Shown in pieces: positions 27,535 to 36,338 of a stretch of DNA of 64,000 nucleotides. The translations under genes and the position numbers were made by a program. The DNA is from Rhodospirillales bacterium RIFCSPLOWO2_02_FULL_58_16 (GTDB lineage: Bacteria > Pseudomonadota > Alphaproteobacteria > Rhodospirillales > 2-02-FULL-58-16), in contig MIAA01000016.1 of assembly GCA_001830425.1 (NCBI GenBank), positions 164,663 through 228,662 of the forward strand. Direction: 5' to 3'. The notes below the pieces were generated by a model, which searched no databases, was not told where the DNA came from, and was given only the letters and a program-made list of their open reading frames with translations. Numbering within the stretch: the stretch's first letter is position 1; each line of letters begins with the position of its first letter.

Positions 27535-28167
27535 ATGCTGGCAAAAATTAGCGAATGGCTGGACGAAAGGGTCGGGCTGAGGGACAATTCCAGACGGAAA
27601 ATGGGACAGGCCGTTCCCGCCCATATGTTTTTTTACTGTTTCGGCGGGATATCGTTGTTCATTATCGCGCTTCAGGCGTTGACCGGCGTCTACATGCTTT
27701 TCTTTTATACTCCTCATCCCGAGCTGGCGCTGAAAAGCATCGAGGCGATGAGCAACGACGGTTCTTTCGGCTGGTTTTTCAGGAACATGCATCGTTGGGG
27801 CGCCACCGTGCTGCTCGCCGCCATCCTTACCCATGTGGTCACCGTTTTTTACCAGAAGGCTTATCGTCGCCCCCGCGAATTAAATTGGACGTCCGGAGTT
27901 TTGCAGTTTCTGGTGGTTGTCCTGTTGCTGGCGACGGGGATCATCCTGCCCTGGGACTGGCGGGCCTATTGGTCCTTTGCGTTATGGGTCGATTATTTTG
28001 AAACATGGCCCGTCGTCGGCGACTTTTTGAAAAATCTCCTGCTCGATACCTTTACGATCAACCGGGCGTTCGTCATTCATGTGTTGATTTTACCTATCGT
28101 TCTGGTTCTGCTGTTACGTTTCCATTTTGCAATGGTGAGGCGTCACGGCATTTCAGAGCCGTTGTAG
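27535..28167 (+). CDS. cytochrome b6-type (N-terminal four-helix) cytochrome b
   Basis: 210 aa. FRNMHRWGATVLLAAILTHV and AFVIHVLILPIVLVLLLRFHF give the two His pairs for bis-haem b. WDWRAYW resembles the PEWY-upstream region. Confidence 0.8.
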   Translation: MLAKISEWLDERVGLRDNSRRKMGQAVPAHMFFYCFGGISLFIIALQALTGVYMLFFYTPHPELALKSIEAMSNDGSFGWFFRNMHRWGATVLLAAILTHVVTVFYQKAYRRPRELNWTSGVLQFLVVVLLLATGIILPWDWRAYWSFALWVDYFETWPVVGDFLKNLLLDTFTINRAFVIHVLILPIVLVLLLRFHFAMVRRHGISEPL

Positions 28168-28187
28168 GGCAGGGGAGGATTTAAGAC

Positions 28188-28862
28188 ATGGCAGATACCG
28201 AGATGTTCCGCGATCCCAAGTACGATCCGCCCTATCCTCAGGAGTTTTATCGTTTCTGGCCGAGGCATGTGATCAAGGCCGGCGTCTGCGTTGTTTTGAC
28301 GCTGGCGGCGATTGTCGCCTTGTCTGTTTACTATATGGTGCCGACCGATCCCGCCATGCCGCCTTTGCCCGACGAGGGCATGTTTATTCCGGCCCCCGAG
28401 TGGTATCTTTTCGCCATCTTTCAGCCCTTCTGGTATCTGGCCGGGGATAATGTCGCGTTGCGGCCTGTCTTTACGTTTTGGCTGCCGGTCGGACTTGTCG
28501 TTTTTTTCCTGGCGATGCCGCTGCTGTTCGGCAGGAAGAGATGGTCCGGGGAAAGAGCGTCCCGCAGCAAGAAGCTTCTTATGTGGGGGGGCGCTTTGCT
28601 CGTTTGGTGCGGGCTGATCGGCGGCGTTGTCGGCAGCGGCTATCCGGCCAAGTCCACGGGGTGCCTGTCCTGCCATAATTTCATGATGGGGACGCGCCAG
28701 GCCTTGCCGCCGGCCAACATCGGCAAGTTTTATCGGGAAGAGCGCGAGCAGCAGATCAAGGTCGGCAAGTACAAGATCGGCGATACCGCCGGCGTCGGCC
28801 AGTCCTACAAGGACGCCAACTGGCAGCTCAGGCACTTTTACGAGCCGACGATGACCTGGTAA
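28188..28862 (+). CDS. cytochrome b subunit-IV-like membrane protein fused to a C-terminal monohaem c domain
   Basis: 224 aa. PAPEWYLFAIFQ is a PEWY-type motif. The C-terminus carries GCLSCHNF and NWQLRHFYEP, which is FixO/CcoO-like. Confidence 0.7.
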   Translation: MADTEMFRDPKYDPPYPQEFYRFWPRHVIKAGVCVVLTLAAIVALSVYYMVPTDPAMPPLPDEGMFIPAPEWYLFAIFQPFWYLAGDNVALRPVFTFWLPVGLVVFFLAMPLLFGRKRWSGERASRSKKLLMWGGALLVWCGLIGGVVGSGYPAKSTGCLSCHNFMMGTRQALPPANIGKFYREEREQQIKVGKYKIGDTAGVGQSYKDANWQLRHFYEPTMTW

Positions 28863-28881
28863 GCGAGAGCGGCAAGACAAG

Positions 28882-30108
28882 ATGCAATATGGAGCTTGCC
28901 TGAAGTTTTTTACCGTCCTCGCGGTGGTTGCATGCCTGTCGGCGTCGGGCGGGGCAGGCGCCGCCGCTCCGTCGATTCAGGAAGTCCTGCTGCCTGACGA
29001 TCTTAGCGCGCCCAACGCGATCATCGTCGATGACGCCGGCAAGGTATGGTTCGCCGAGAAGATCGGCAAAAAAATAGCGGCGTACGATCCCGAGGCAAAA
29101 ACTTTTCGTTCCTTTGCCGTTCCCGCGTCGTGGGGCAATGTCGGACCGTCCAGGATCGCCGTCGGGCCGCAGGGCAAAATCTGGATTACCGTGCAGAGGT
29201 GGGCGGATACCGTCGATCGAACGAATATCCTCGGCGAATTATCGCCTGCCGACGGCTCTTTCAAAAAACATGACCTGTACTTCAAGGCCGGCGCCGGGGA
29301 ATTGCTGGTCGATCAGGACAGGGTGATCCCCGAGGACCTGCTGGTGGACGGCAAGGGGAACGTGTGGTTCCTGGTTCCCGGCGAAAACGCGCTTTACCGG
29401 TATGATCCGGCGGATGGAACGTTGAAGGGCTATCCGATTCCGACCGTCGATTGCTATCCCAGGGGGATTGTCATTGACGGCAAGGGGATCATCTGGTTCG
29501 GCGAGGCCAACGCCAATAAAATCGCCGGGTTTGACCCGAAGAGCGCGACATTCAACGAATATGAAATACCGGCGCTTTTTTCCGGCGTCGGCGAGCTTGC
29601 CGTCGATGCAAAGGGGAAAATCTGGTTCGTCGAGGTGAGAAACAACAGGCTCGGCGTTTTCTCCCCCGACAGCGAGCGTTTTGACGAGGCGATGCTTCCT
29701 GCGGCGCGAAGCCTGCCCAGCGATCTGGTCGTCGATGCCTCCGGCAAAATATGGTTTCTGGAGTATCTTGAGAACAAGGTCGGCATGTTTGATCCCGAAC
29801 AGGCGTTGTTCAAGGAATATGTCATCCCCACTCCCGGCAGCCTGCCCGGCGGCATCGCTATTGACGTCGGGCGGTCGCGGCTGTGGTTCTCTGAATCCAA
29901 TACTGAGGCCAGGCGGTTGGGAATGCTGGATATCGGCGGGACGGCCATGGCCGGGAATAACGATGATTCCGCTTCGATCAAGAAGGCCGCCTCGGAAAAG
30001 AACAAGTCCGCCGACGGCGGCTATCTTAATTTAATTCTCGCCTTCGGAATGCTGCTGGCGGTCGGGGCGGCGTTCGTCTTTATTTCAAGACGAGGCGCCG
30101 GGAAGTGA
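28882..30108 (+). CDS. Vgb/NHL-like beta-propeller protein with C-terminal TM anchor
   Basis: 408 aa with a signal peptide. It has seven or so repeats of G(K)(I/V)WF.E...N.(I/L).(R/G/M)(F/Y)DP....F.E(Y).(I/V)P. The C-terminal TM segment is LILAFGMLLAVGAAFVFI. Confidence 0.65.
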   Translation: MQYGACLKFFTVLAVVACLSASGGAGAAAPSIQEVLLPDDLSAPNAIIVDDAGKVWFAEKIGKKIAAYDPEAKTFRSFAVPASWGNVGPSRIAVGPQGKIWITVQRWADTVDRTNILGELSPADGSFKKHDLYFKAGAGELLVDQDRVIPEDLLVDGKGNVWFLVPGENALYRYDPADGTLKGYPIPTVDCYPRGIVIDGKGIIWFGEANANKIAGFDPKSATFNEYEIPALFSGVGELAVDAKGKIWFVEVRNNRLGVFSPDSERFDEAMLPAARSLPSDLVVDASGKIWFLEYLENKVGMFDPEQALFKEYVIPTPGSLPGGIAIDVGRSRLWFSESNTEARRLGMLDIGGTAMAGNNDDSASIKKAASEKNKSADGGYLNLILAFGMLLAVGAAFVFISRRGAGK

Positions 30109-31097
30109 AATTTTTTTTATTTGCGGCGCTGCTCTGCCTTGTCGGGTTCTCGCCCACACATGCCCAGGAGTGGGGGGGCGCCTTCAAGAATTATCCCTTG
30201 CCGACGGACAATGCCTTGCCGTCAAGGGTGATCGCCGCCGCAGACGGCTCGGTTTGGGTTCTTGAAGCCAATGCCGGCAAGATCGCCGTGTTTCAGCCCG
30301 ACAAGGAAACCTTCGCCGAATATGACATTCCGACGTCGAACAGCTTTCCCACCGATTTTGCCTTTGATCCTTCGGGCAGGTTGTGGTTCACCGAACAGGA
30401 CGCCAATCAGTTAGGCGTGTTTGATCCCGTCGCCAAGACGTTCAAGGAATATGATATCCCGACGATTGACAGCTTTCCGCGTCGGCTGATCGTCGACGGC
30501 AAGGGCATTGTCTGGTTTACCGAGTTCTACGGCAACGCGATCGGGCGATTTGATCCGAAAACCGAGAAATTTATCGAGTATGCCGTTCCGACCAAAAACA
30601 GCCGTCCGACCGGAATACTGCTGGATAAGGACGGTCAGGTATGGTTTGTCGAAACCGAGGGCGACAAGTTCGGCGTACTTGATCCGAACGGCGGCGCCAT
30701 TAAGGAATTTCCGTTCGTCGAGGCGTTTCTCAGCCCCAAGGATATCATCATGGATGCGTCCGGCGTCATCTGGTTCGGCGCCCGCACCAGGAGCAAATTA
30801 GGGATGTTTAATCCCGCTGACGGCAAGTTTGAAGGGTATGATCTGCCGGTCAGGGGGGTTATTGAAGGAATGGCGGTAGACAAGAGAGGAAATATCTTGT
30901 TTTCTCTCGGGCATGTGGGTAGGCTAGGCGTGTTTGATACTGGGTCCAAGAGTTTTCTGGAGGTTAAGGTGACGCTGGGGTCCAGCGAGCCTGACGGACT
31001 TGATGTTGATGGCCATGGGGATATTTGGTTCACCGACATAACCCGGAATTCATTGGTTAAAGTAAACGGTGAAGAAATTTCTAAATTGTGGCTGTAA
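30105..31097 (+). CDS. Vgb/NHL-like beta-propeller protein (soluble paralogue)
   Basis: 330 aa with a signal peptide and the same repeat (GRLWFTEQDANQLGVFDPVAKTFKEYDIPT etc.). The start overlaps the upstream stop. Confidence 0.65.
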   Translation: MKFFLFAALLCLVGFSPTHAQEWGGAFKNYPLPTDNALPSRVIAAADGSVWVLEANAGKIAVFQPDKETFAEYDIPTSNSFPTDFAFDPSGRLWFTEQDANQLGVFDPVAKTFKEYDIPTIDSFPRRLIVDGKGIVWFTEFYGNAIGRFDPKTEKFIEYAVPTKNSRPTGILLDKDGQVWFVETEGDKFGVLDPNGGAIKEFPFVEAFLSPKDIIMDASGVIWFGARTRSKLGMFNPADGKFEGYDLPVRGVIEGMAVDKRGNILFSLGHVGRLGVFDTGSKSFLEVKVTLGSSEPDGLDVDGHGDIWFTDITRNSLVKVNGEEISKLWL

Positions 31098-31130
31098 TAA
31101 AAGTTTTTTCTAGGCAAGGGGGATATAATT

Positions 31131-32087
31131 ATGCGGCTTGAGATTAAAACAGCGTGGATGGCGGCTCTCGGCACATTTTTGCTGGTTTCGGCGTCTACGG
31201 GCGCCAAGGCGGAAGAAGCCAGGTGTACGCTCAGTGATGGCGCGAAAGTGGTTTGCCCCGTCCATACGGACGCGGACCTGAAGGCGGCGACAGACGCCTA
31301 CGCCAAGGAATCCCAATCCATGGGCACCGGCACCGCCGGCAGCACCTACGGCGTCGCGCCGTTTGATCGCCTGACCGGCGTCGGCAAGGCTTTCAGCAAC
31401 AAAGACAAGAAATCCGACATTAAAAACATCAGCGGCTACGGTGCCGCCTCGGGCAAGACCGAGTTGTGGGACCGCGTCAGGAAGCCCACCGAAGGCGAAG
31501 GCATCTATAACCAGTGGACGCATAACTGGTCGCCGACTTTCAAGGAAACGCTGGTTCCCGGCGCCGATCCTAACGCCGGCAAGCAGTGGTACTACTTCTA
31601 TTGCGTCGCCTGTCACGGCTGGGGTCTCCAGGGCGATGGTCCGAACGCGCTGTCCGTCGAACCGCGCCCGCGCATCCTGACCAAGGGCGACTACATGAAC
31701 AAGAAGTCCAACCTGCAGCTCTTTGAAGTCATCAAGGGCGGCGGCGAGGCCGCTAATCTGTCCTCGGCCATGCCGGTCTGGGGCAACATCCTTCAGGACC
31801 AGGACATCTGGAACCTGATCGCCTTTGTGCGGGCGATGGCCGACGTCGGCGCGCCCAAGACCATCGAAGAGTACTTGAATCCCAAGTCGACCTTCAAGCC
31901 GCTCAAGGATGACGTTACGGCTTTGAACGCTTCCAAGAGCAAGGCTTTTGCCGAGGTCAACGGAATGCTCGAAGGCGGCGGCGCCATTCCAGGCCGTGCC
32001 GCCGAAGGCGCTCTCAAGGGCAGCGGATACGTTGAAGGCGGTCTGCGCAAGACGCCGGAAAACGTTGGAATCAAGGCGAAGGAATAA
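31131..32087 (+). CDS. periplasmic monohaem c-type cytochrome with long N-terminal domain
   Basis: 318 aa with a signal peptide. YCVACHGWGLQGDGP and the distal Met region SSAMPVWG are present. Confidence 0.75.
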   Translation: MRLEIKTAWMAALGTFLLVSASTGAKAEEARCTLSDGAKVVCPVHTDADLKAATDAYAKESQSMGTGTAGSTYGVAPFDRLTGVGKAFSNKDKKSDIKNISGYGAASGKTELWDRVRKPTEGEGIYNQWTHNWSPTFKETLVPGADPNAGKQWYYFYCVACHGWGLQGDGPNALSVEPRPRILTKGDYMNKKSNLQLFEVIKGGGEAANLSSAMPVWGNILQDQDIWNLIAFVRAMADVGAPKTIEEYLNPKSTFKPLKDDVTALNASKSKAFAEVNGMLEGGGAIPGRAAEGALKGSGYVEGGLRKTPENVGIKAKE

Positions 32088-32299
32088 CTATATGCCGTTG
32101 AAGGGTTCCGGCTTCGCCGCCGGAACCCGGAAACGGGCGAAACAAGGGCTTGTGAGCGGCTGGTTTGCAGGTTCTTGACGGGGTTAGATTTTAAGGGGGG
32201 GCCGGAGGCGATTGAATCGCCGTCGGCCTCTTCTTGATTTAGGCCTTTGGTGTTATGTGTAATACCGGCGGCCTTAATTATTGGCCTATGGCGGCCCTC

Positions 32300-32414
32300 G
32301 CGCTTTCCCCTCCTTACCAGGGAGGGGGCAGGGGAGGTTGCCGCAACGACCCCCTCTAACTCTCCCTTGAAGCAAGGGGGAGGATTTTTTGGAGTAATTT
32401 TTTACGACCGCCGG
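32300..32414. repeat. family-1 GC-hairpin repeat, uninterrupted copy, inside the operon
   Basis: Aligns with 1180-1262 plus 1381-1447. It contains the hairpins CCCCTCCTTACCAGGGAGGGGG and CTCCCTTGAAGCAAGGGGGAG. Confidence 0.75.
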
Positions 32415-32441
32415 AATAACCCACGATCACAAACGAAAGCG

Positions 32442-33008
32442 ATGAAAAAGAAATTTTTCCTTACGGGATTTGTTATCGCTGCGATGGCGGGTCTGGTCGT
32501 CGTCGTGCCTAACCCGATGGGCGACAGGGTCATCAGTCAGGCGAAGGCGAGGGGATATCTTTCTTACTCCGCCGCCGAGGCGATGGAGCTGGCGTTCAAG
32601 CGGTGTTCCGCCTGTCACCCGGAAGAAAAAATACTCAAGTACTGTTCGCGATGCGGCCCCCCGTTTATCGTTGTGACGCATTTCATGAAAAGATATATAG
32701 ATATCGCCAGGGCGCAGGGAGTGGATATCGAACAGCTCAGGGATGCCGAAGTCGTCGCCATCGCGCAGGCGTGGAACGGCATAATCGGCAACTGGGAAAA
32801 TGATTGGCCGCAAAAGGATATCAAAAAGCTTCTTGAGGGCGACAGGGCGCTGATCACTCTTTTGGAAACGCCGGAAAAAGACAGGCCGATTGAAGCGGCG
32901 CTGAAAGACAAAAGCGTTCCGGGGGTTTATATGAGAGACGGTCTGGGCATGGAAAACAAAGAAAAAACCGGCGCGGGACAACAGAAAAAAGAAAAAGAAC
33001 CGTCATGA
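32442..33008 (+). CDS. membrane-anchored protein with one CxxCH (CSACH) motif
   Basis: ATG at 32442 (MKKKFFLTGFVIAAMAGLVVV). It has KRCSACHPEEK plus a second Cys pair, CSRC. The track ORF from 32247 runs through the repeat and is rejected. Confidence 0.55.
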   Translation: MKKKFFLTGFVIAAMAGLVVVVPNPMGDRVISQAKARGYLSYSAAEAMELAFKRCSACHPEEKILKYCSRCGPPFIVVTHFMKRYIDIARAQGVDIEQLRDAEVVAIAQAWNGIIGNWENDWPQKDIKKLLEGDRALITLLETPEKDRPIEAALKDKSVPGVYMRDGLGMENKEKTGAGQQKKEKEPS

Positions 33009-33937
33009 TCGAAGTTGAGAACCTGACGAAAGATTACGGCACACATCTCGGCATCGACGGACTTACCTTCTCGGCGGAAAAAGGCGAGCTGTTGGGGTTT
33101 CTCGGCCCTAACGGGGCCGGGAAGACGACCACCATGCGGATTCTCACCTGCTTTTTCCCCGCCACCGGCGGAAAGGCCGTAGTCGCCGGATTTGACTGTT
33201 TTGAGGACTCTTTGGAGGTCCGCAAGCGGCTGGGCTATCTGCCGGAGAACGTGCCGCTGTACAAGGACATAGCGGTCGAGGATTACCTGAACTTCGTCGC
33301 CGGCGTTAAGGGCGTGGACGCCAAGGACGTCAAGAGGCGCGTCGGCAAGGTGGTGAGCGAGTGCGGTCTCGCCGAATATGCCAAGCGGATGATCGGCGAA
33401 CTGTCCAAGGGCTACCGGCAAAGGGTGGGGCTGGCCCAGGCGCTGGTAAATGATCCGGAGATTCTTGTCCTTGACGAGCCGACCAACGGTCTTGATCCGC
33501 GCCAGATCAAGGAAATCAGGAAGCTGATCATCGAATTGGCCGGGCAACGCACGGTGATTCTTTCCAGCCACATCCTTCCCGAAGTCAGCATGGTCTGCAA
33601 GAAGATCGTGATTATCGACAAAGGCAAGCTGGTGGCGGTGGATACTCCGGAAAATCTGGTGTCGAACCTTCATGAAGCCACTAAAATGCACATGATCATT
33701 AACGGCCCTTCCCAGGCGATAATGAAGGAAATCCGCCAGGTTAAAGGGGTCGCCAAGGTGGAACATGACAAGGACTCCAATGTTTTCATCGTCAGCATCA
33801 AGAAAGGCGCCGATGCGCGTCAAAGCATTCCGCCGGTGATCGTCAATAACAACTGGGACCTGGTGGAGATGCGCGCCGTTCAGGCGAGTCTGGAGGACGT
33901 CTTTCTCCATCTGGTGACGAAAGAGGAAGGCGCCTAA
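33005..33937 (+). CDS. ABC transporter ATP-binding protein (ABC-2 / NosF-GldA-like)
   Basis: 310 aa with Walker A GPNGAGKTTT, signature LSKGYRQRV and Walker B ILVLDEP. Confidence 0.88.
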   Translation: MIEVENLTKDYGTHLGIDGLTFSAEKGELLGFLGPNGAGKTTTMRILTCFFPATGGKAVVAGFDCFEDSLEVRKRLGYLPENVPLYKDIAVEDYLNFVAGVKGVDAKDVKRRVGKVVSECGLAEYAKRMIGELSKGYRQRVGLAQALVNDPEILVLDEPTNGLDPRQIKEIRKLIIELAGQRTVILSSHILPEVSMVCKKIVIIDKGKLVAVDTPENLVSNLHEATKMHMIINGPSQAIMKEIRQVKGVAKVEHDKDSNVFIVSIKKGADARQSIPPVIVNNNWDLVEMRAVQASLEDVFLHLVTKEEGA

Positions 33938-33939
33938 GT

Positions 33940-34719
33940 ATGCGGAACATCGGGCTTATTTACAAAAAAGAACTTAGTTCATACTTTAATTCCATTATCG
34001 CCTATGCGGTTATCGCCATCTTTTTGGTGATAACCGGCTTTATGTTCAACCAGTTGGTCGATTACTACTCCCTGCTGAGTTTCAAGGCGCAGGGAGACCC
34101 CATGCTGGCCAAGCAGTACAACCTGTTGAACGTCACCGAAACGGTGGTGAGGCCGATGTTCGGCCAAATGTCGATGGTGATGCTGCTGATGATGCCGCTG
34201 CTGTCGATGAAGCTGCTGGCCGACGAGAAAAAGAGCGGCACCATGGAACTCATTCTCACCTACCCGATTCGGGACTGGGAGCTGGTTATCGGCAAGTTTC
34301 TGGCCTGCCTGACGGTGTTTGCCGCCATGCTGGCGTCCACCGTCACCTACCCCATTTTGCTGATTAACCTGGGCGAGCCTGAAATAGTGCCTGTCATCAC
34401 CGGCTATTTCGGTCTTTTTTTGATGGGGGCGGCCTTCATCTCGCTGGGGCTTTTCACCTCTTCGGTAACCGAGAACCAGATTATCGCCGCCTCTCTGGCG
34501 CTGGGGCTGCTGTTCCTGTTTTATCTGATGAGCATGTCGGTAATGTATGTTTCGCCGGGTCTTGGCCGGGTCATCGGCTATCTTTCCATCAACGATCACT
34601 TCGCCGGCCTGGCCAAGGGCGTGCTCGATACCGAGGATATCCTTTACTACATAGGCTTTATCGTCATGTTCCTGTTTTTGACCCTGCGCTCGATTGAAAC
34701 GCACAGGTGGCGGGGATGA
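33940..34719 (+). CDS. ABC-2 family permease (NosY/GldF-like)
   Basis: 259 aa with six predicted TM segments. The LLADEKKSGTMELILTYPI motif is typical of ABC-2 permeases. Confidence 0.8.
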   Translation: MRNIGLIYKKELSSYFNSIIAYAVIAIFLVITGFMFNQLVDYYSLLSFKAQGDPMLAKQYNLLNVTETVVRPMFGQMSMVMLLMMPLLSMKLLADEKKSGTMELILTYPIRDWELVIGKFLACLTVFAAMLASTVTYPILLINLGEPEIVPVITGYFGLFLMGAAFISLGLFTSSVTENQIIAASLALGLLFLFYLMSMSVMYVSPGLGRVIGYLSINDHFAGLAKGVLDTEDILYYIGFIVMFLFLTLRSIETHRWRG

Positions 34720-36338
34720 ATAACTCCAAGCCTGTTTTTCTCGGACTGCTGGGGGTTGTTTCCCTTCTCGCCGGCGGCGTCACCTACGCGATTACCGGCG
34801 AGTTCAGCGCCGTTCCCCTGCTGCTGGTCTGGGGCGGCCTGCTGCTGACAATGGTTTCTCTTTACGTCAACTTCGCCGGGGTCAGGGGCCTTATCGCCAG
34901 ACGCTCCACCAAATTCGGCGCCAACATGCTGCTGATGATCGGTATTTTCGCCGTTATTATCGGCATGATCGGCGCCACGTCCATGAGGTACAAGTACCGG
35001 ATCGATCTTACCGCGACCAAAAGGTACTCCCTGTCGCCGCAGACTGTGAAGATACTGAAGACGCTGGAGCGGGACGTGGACGCCATTGCCTTTTATCGAT
35101 CCGATGAAAGGACCAGACAGGCGATGAACGACCTGTTGCAGGAGTATTCCTACCATTCGCCGAAGTTCAAGTACTGGTTCGTCGATCCCGACAAGAGGCC
35201 GGTCGAGACCGCCAAGTACGGGGTGACCTCATATCGCACCACCTTGATCCGCAGCGGCGACCGCGAAGAAATCGTCGGCTTTGAATCCGAGGAAAAGGTC
35301 ACCAATTCCCTGTTGAGGGTTCTCAAGGACGAGGTGAAGACCATTTACTTCGTTAACGGGCATGGCGAGCATCCTCTTGATGACGCCGAAAAGCCCGGAT
35401 ACAAGACGGCCAAGGAAGCCCTGGAAAAGGATAACTTCAAGGTCAAGGACCTTTTGCTGGTCGGCGAGGGGGCTGTTCCCGAGGACGCCGCCGTTGTGGT
35501 GGTCGGCGGTCCCAAGAAGGATTTTCTGGAAGGCGAATTGAAAAAACTCGCCGATTATATCGGCAAGGGCGGCAAAGCGCTTTTTATGCTCGATCCCAGC
35601 CCGACCCCCGTTCTCGCCAAGTATTTGGCCGATTACGGATTTGTCGTCGGCAACGATATCGTTATCGACAAACGCGGCCAGATGATCGGCGCCAATTATC
35701 TGACGCCGGTGGTTACCGAGTATCACAAGGATCATCCTCTGGGCCGCGATTTCAGCGTCGCCACCTTCTACCCCGTGTCCCGTTCGGTGGAGATTACGGA
35801 AGACCCGACCAAGGGCAGCTACAATCTGGCCAAGACCGGCGCCAACAGTTGGTCGATGACCGAGGGCAAGCTGAACGAGGACGATATCAAGTTCAATCCG
35901 GCTTTGGATCGGCGCGGCCCCATCAACATCGTTTCGGTGACTACGGTTAAGGTCGAGGGCGAAGAAAGCAAGCCCCCCGTTGACTCGGCAGCCGACGAAA
36001 CGGCGGGCATGGACGAGACCACCAGAAAGGCGCTTAAGGGATCGCAGGAGGAAGGACTCAGCTCGTGGGGCAAGATCGTCGTCGTCGGCGATTCCGACTT
36101 TGTCGGCAACGCCCACATCGGCCTTATGGGCAACAAGGATTACTTTTTGAATATGATCAGTTGGCTGGCCGAGGAAACCTCCCTTATTTCCGTCAGGCGT
36201 AAAACGGTGGGGGTAACGCCGATGCCTCTTTCCGACACTCAAAGCAAACTTGTCTTCTGGCTGTCGGTGGTGATTGCGCCGTCGCTGATTCTCGCCGTCG
36301 GCGGCGCCGTCGTCGCCCGCAGGAGGTGGGCGGCTTGA
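34707..36338 (+). CDS. GldG-like ABC transporter auxiliary protein
   Basis: 543 aa with terminal TM segments. IYFVNGHGEHPLDD and the GDSDFV motif are typical of GldG. Confidence 0.75.
   Translation: MAGMNNSKPVFLGLLGVVSLLAGGVTYAITGEFSAVPLLLVWGGLLLTMVSLYVNFAGVRGLIARRSTKFGANMLLMIGIFAVIIGMIGATSMRYKYRIDLTATKRYSLSPQTVKILKTLERDVDAIAFYRSDERTRQAMNDLLQEYSYHSPKFKYWFVDPDKRPVETAKYGVTSYRTTLIRSGDREEIVGFESEEKVTNSLLRVLKDEVKTIYFVNGHGEHPLDDAEKPGYKTAKEALEKDNFKVKDLLLVGEGAVPEDAAVVVVGGPKKDFLEGELKKLADYIGKGGKALFMLDPSPTPVLAKYLADYGFVVGNDIVIDKRGQMIGANYLTPVVTEYHKDHPLGRDFSVATFYPVSRSVEITEDPTKGSYNLAKTGANSWSMTEGKLNEDDIKFNPALDRRGPINIVSVTTVKVEGEESKPPVDSAADETAGMDETTRKALKGSQEEGLSSWGKIVVVGDSDFVGNAHIGLMGNKDYFLNMISWLAEETSLISVRRKTVGVTPMPLSDTQSKLVFWLSVVIAPSLILAVGGAVVARRRWAA

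Noticed and set aside
32247-32441. 5-prime extension of the track ORF 32247-33008
   Set aside because: The extension is translated from the family-1 repeat. The ATG at 32442 gives a normal MKKKFF signal-anchor start.
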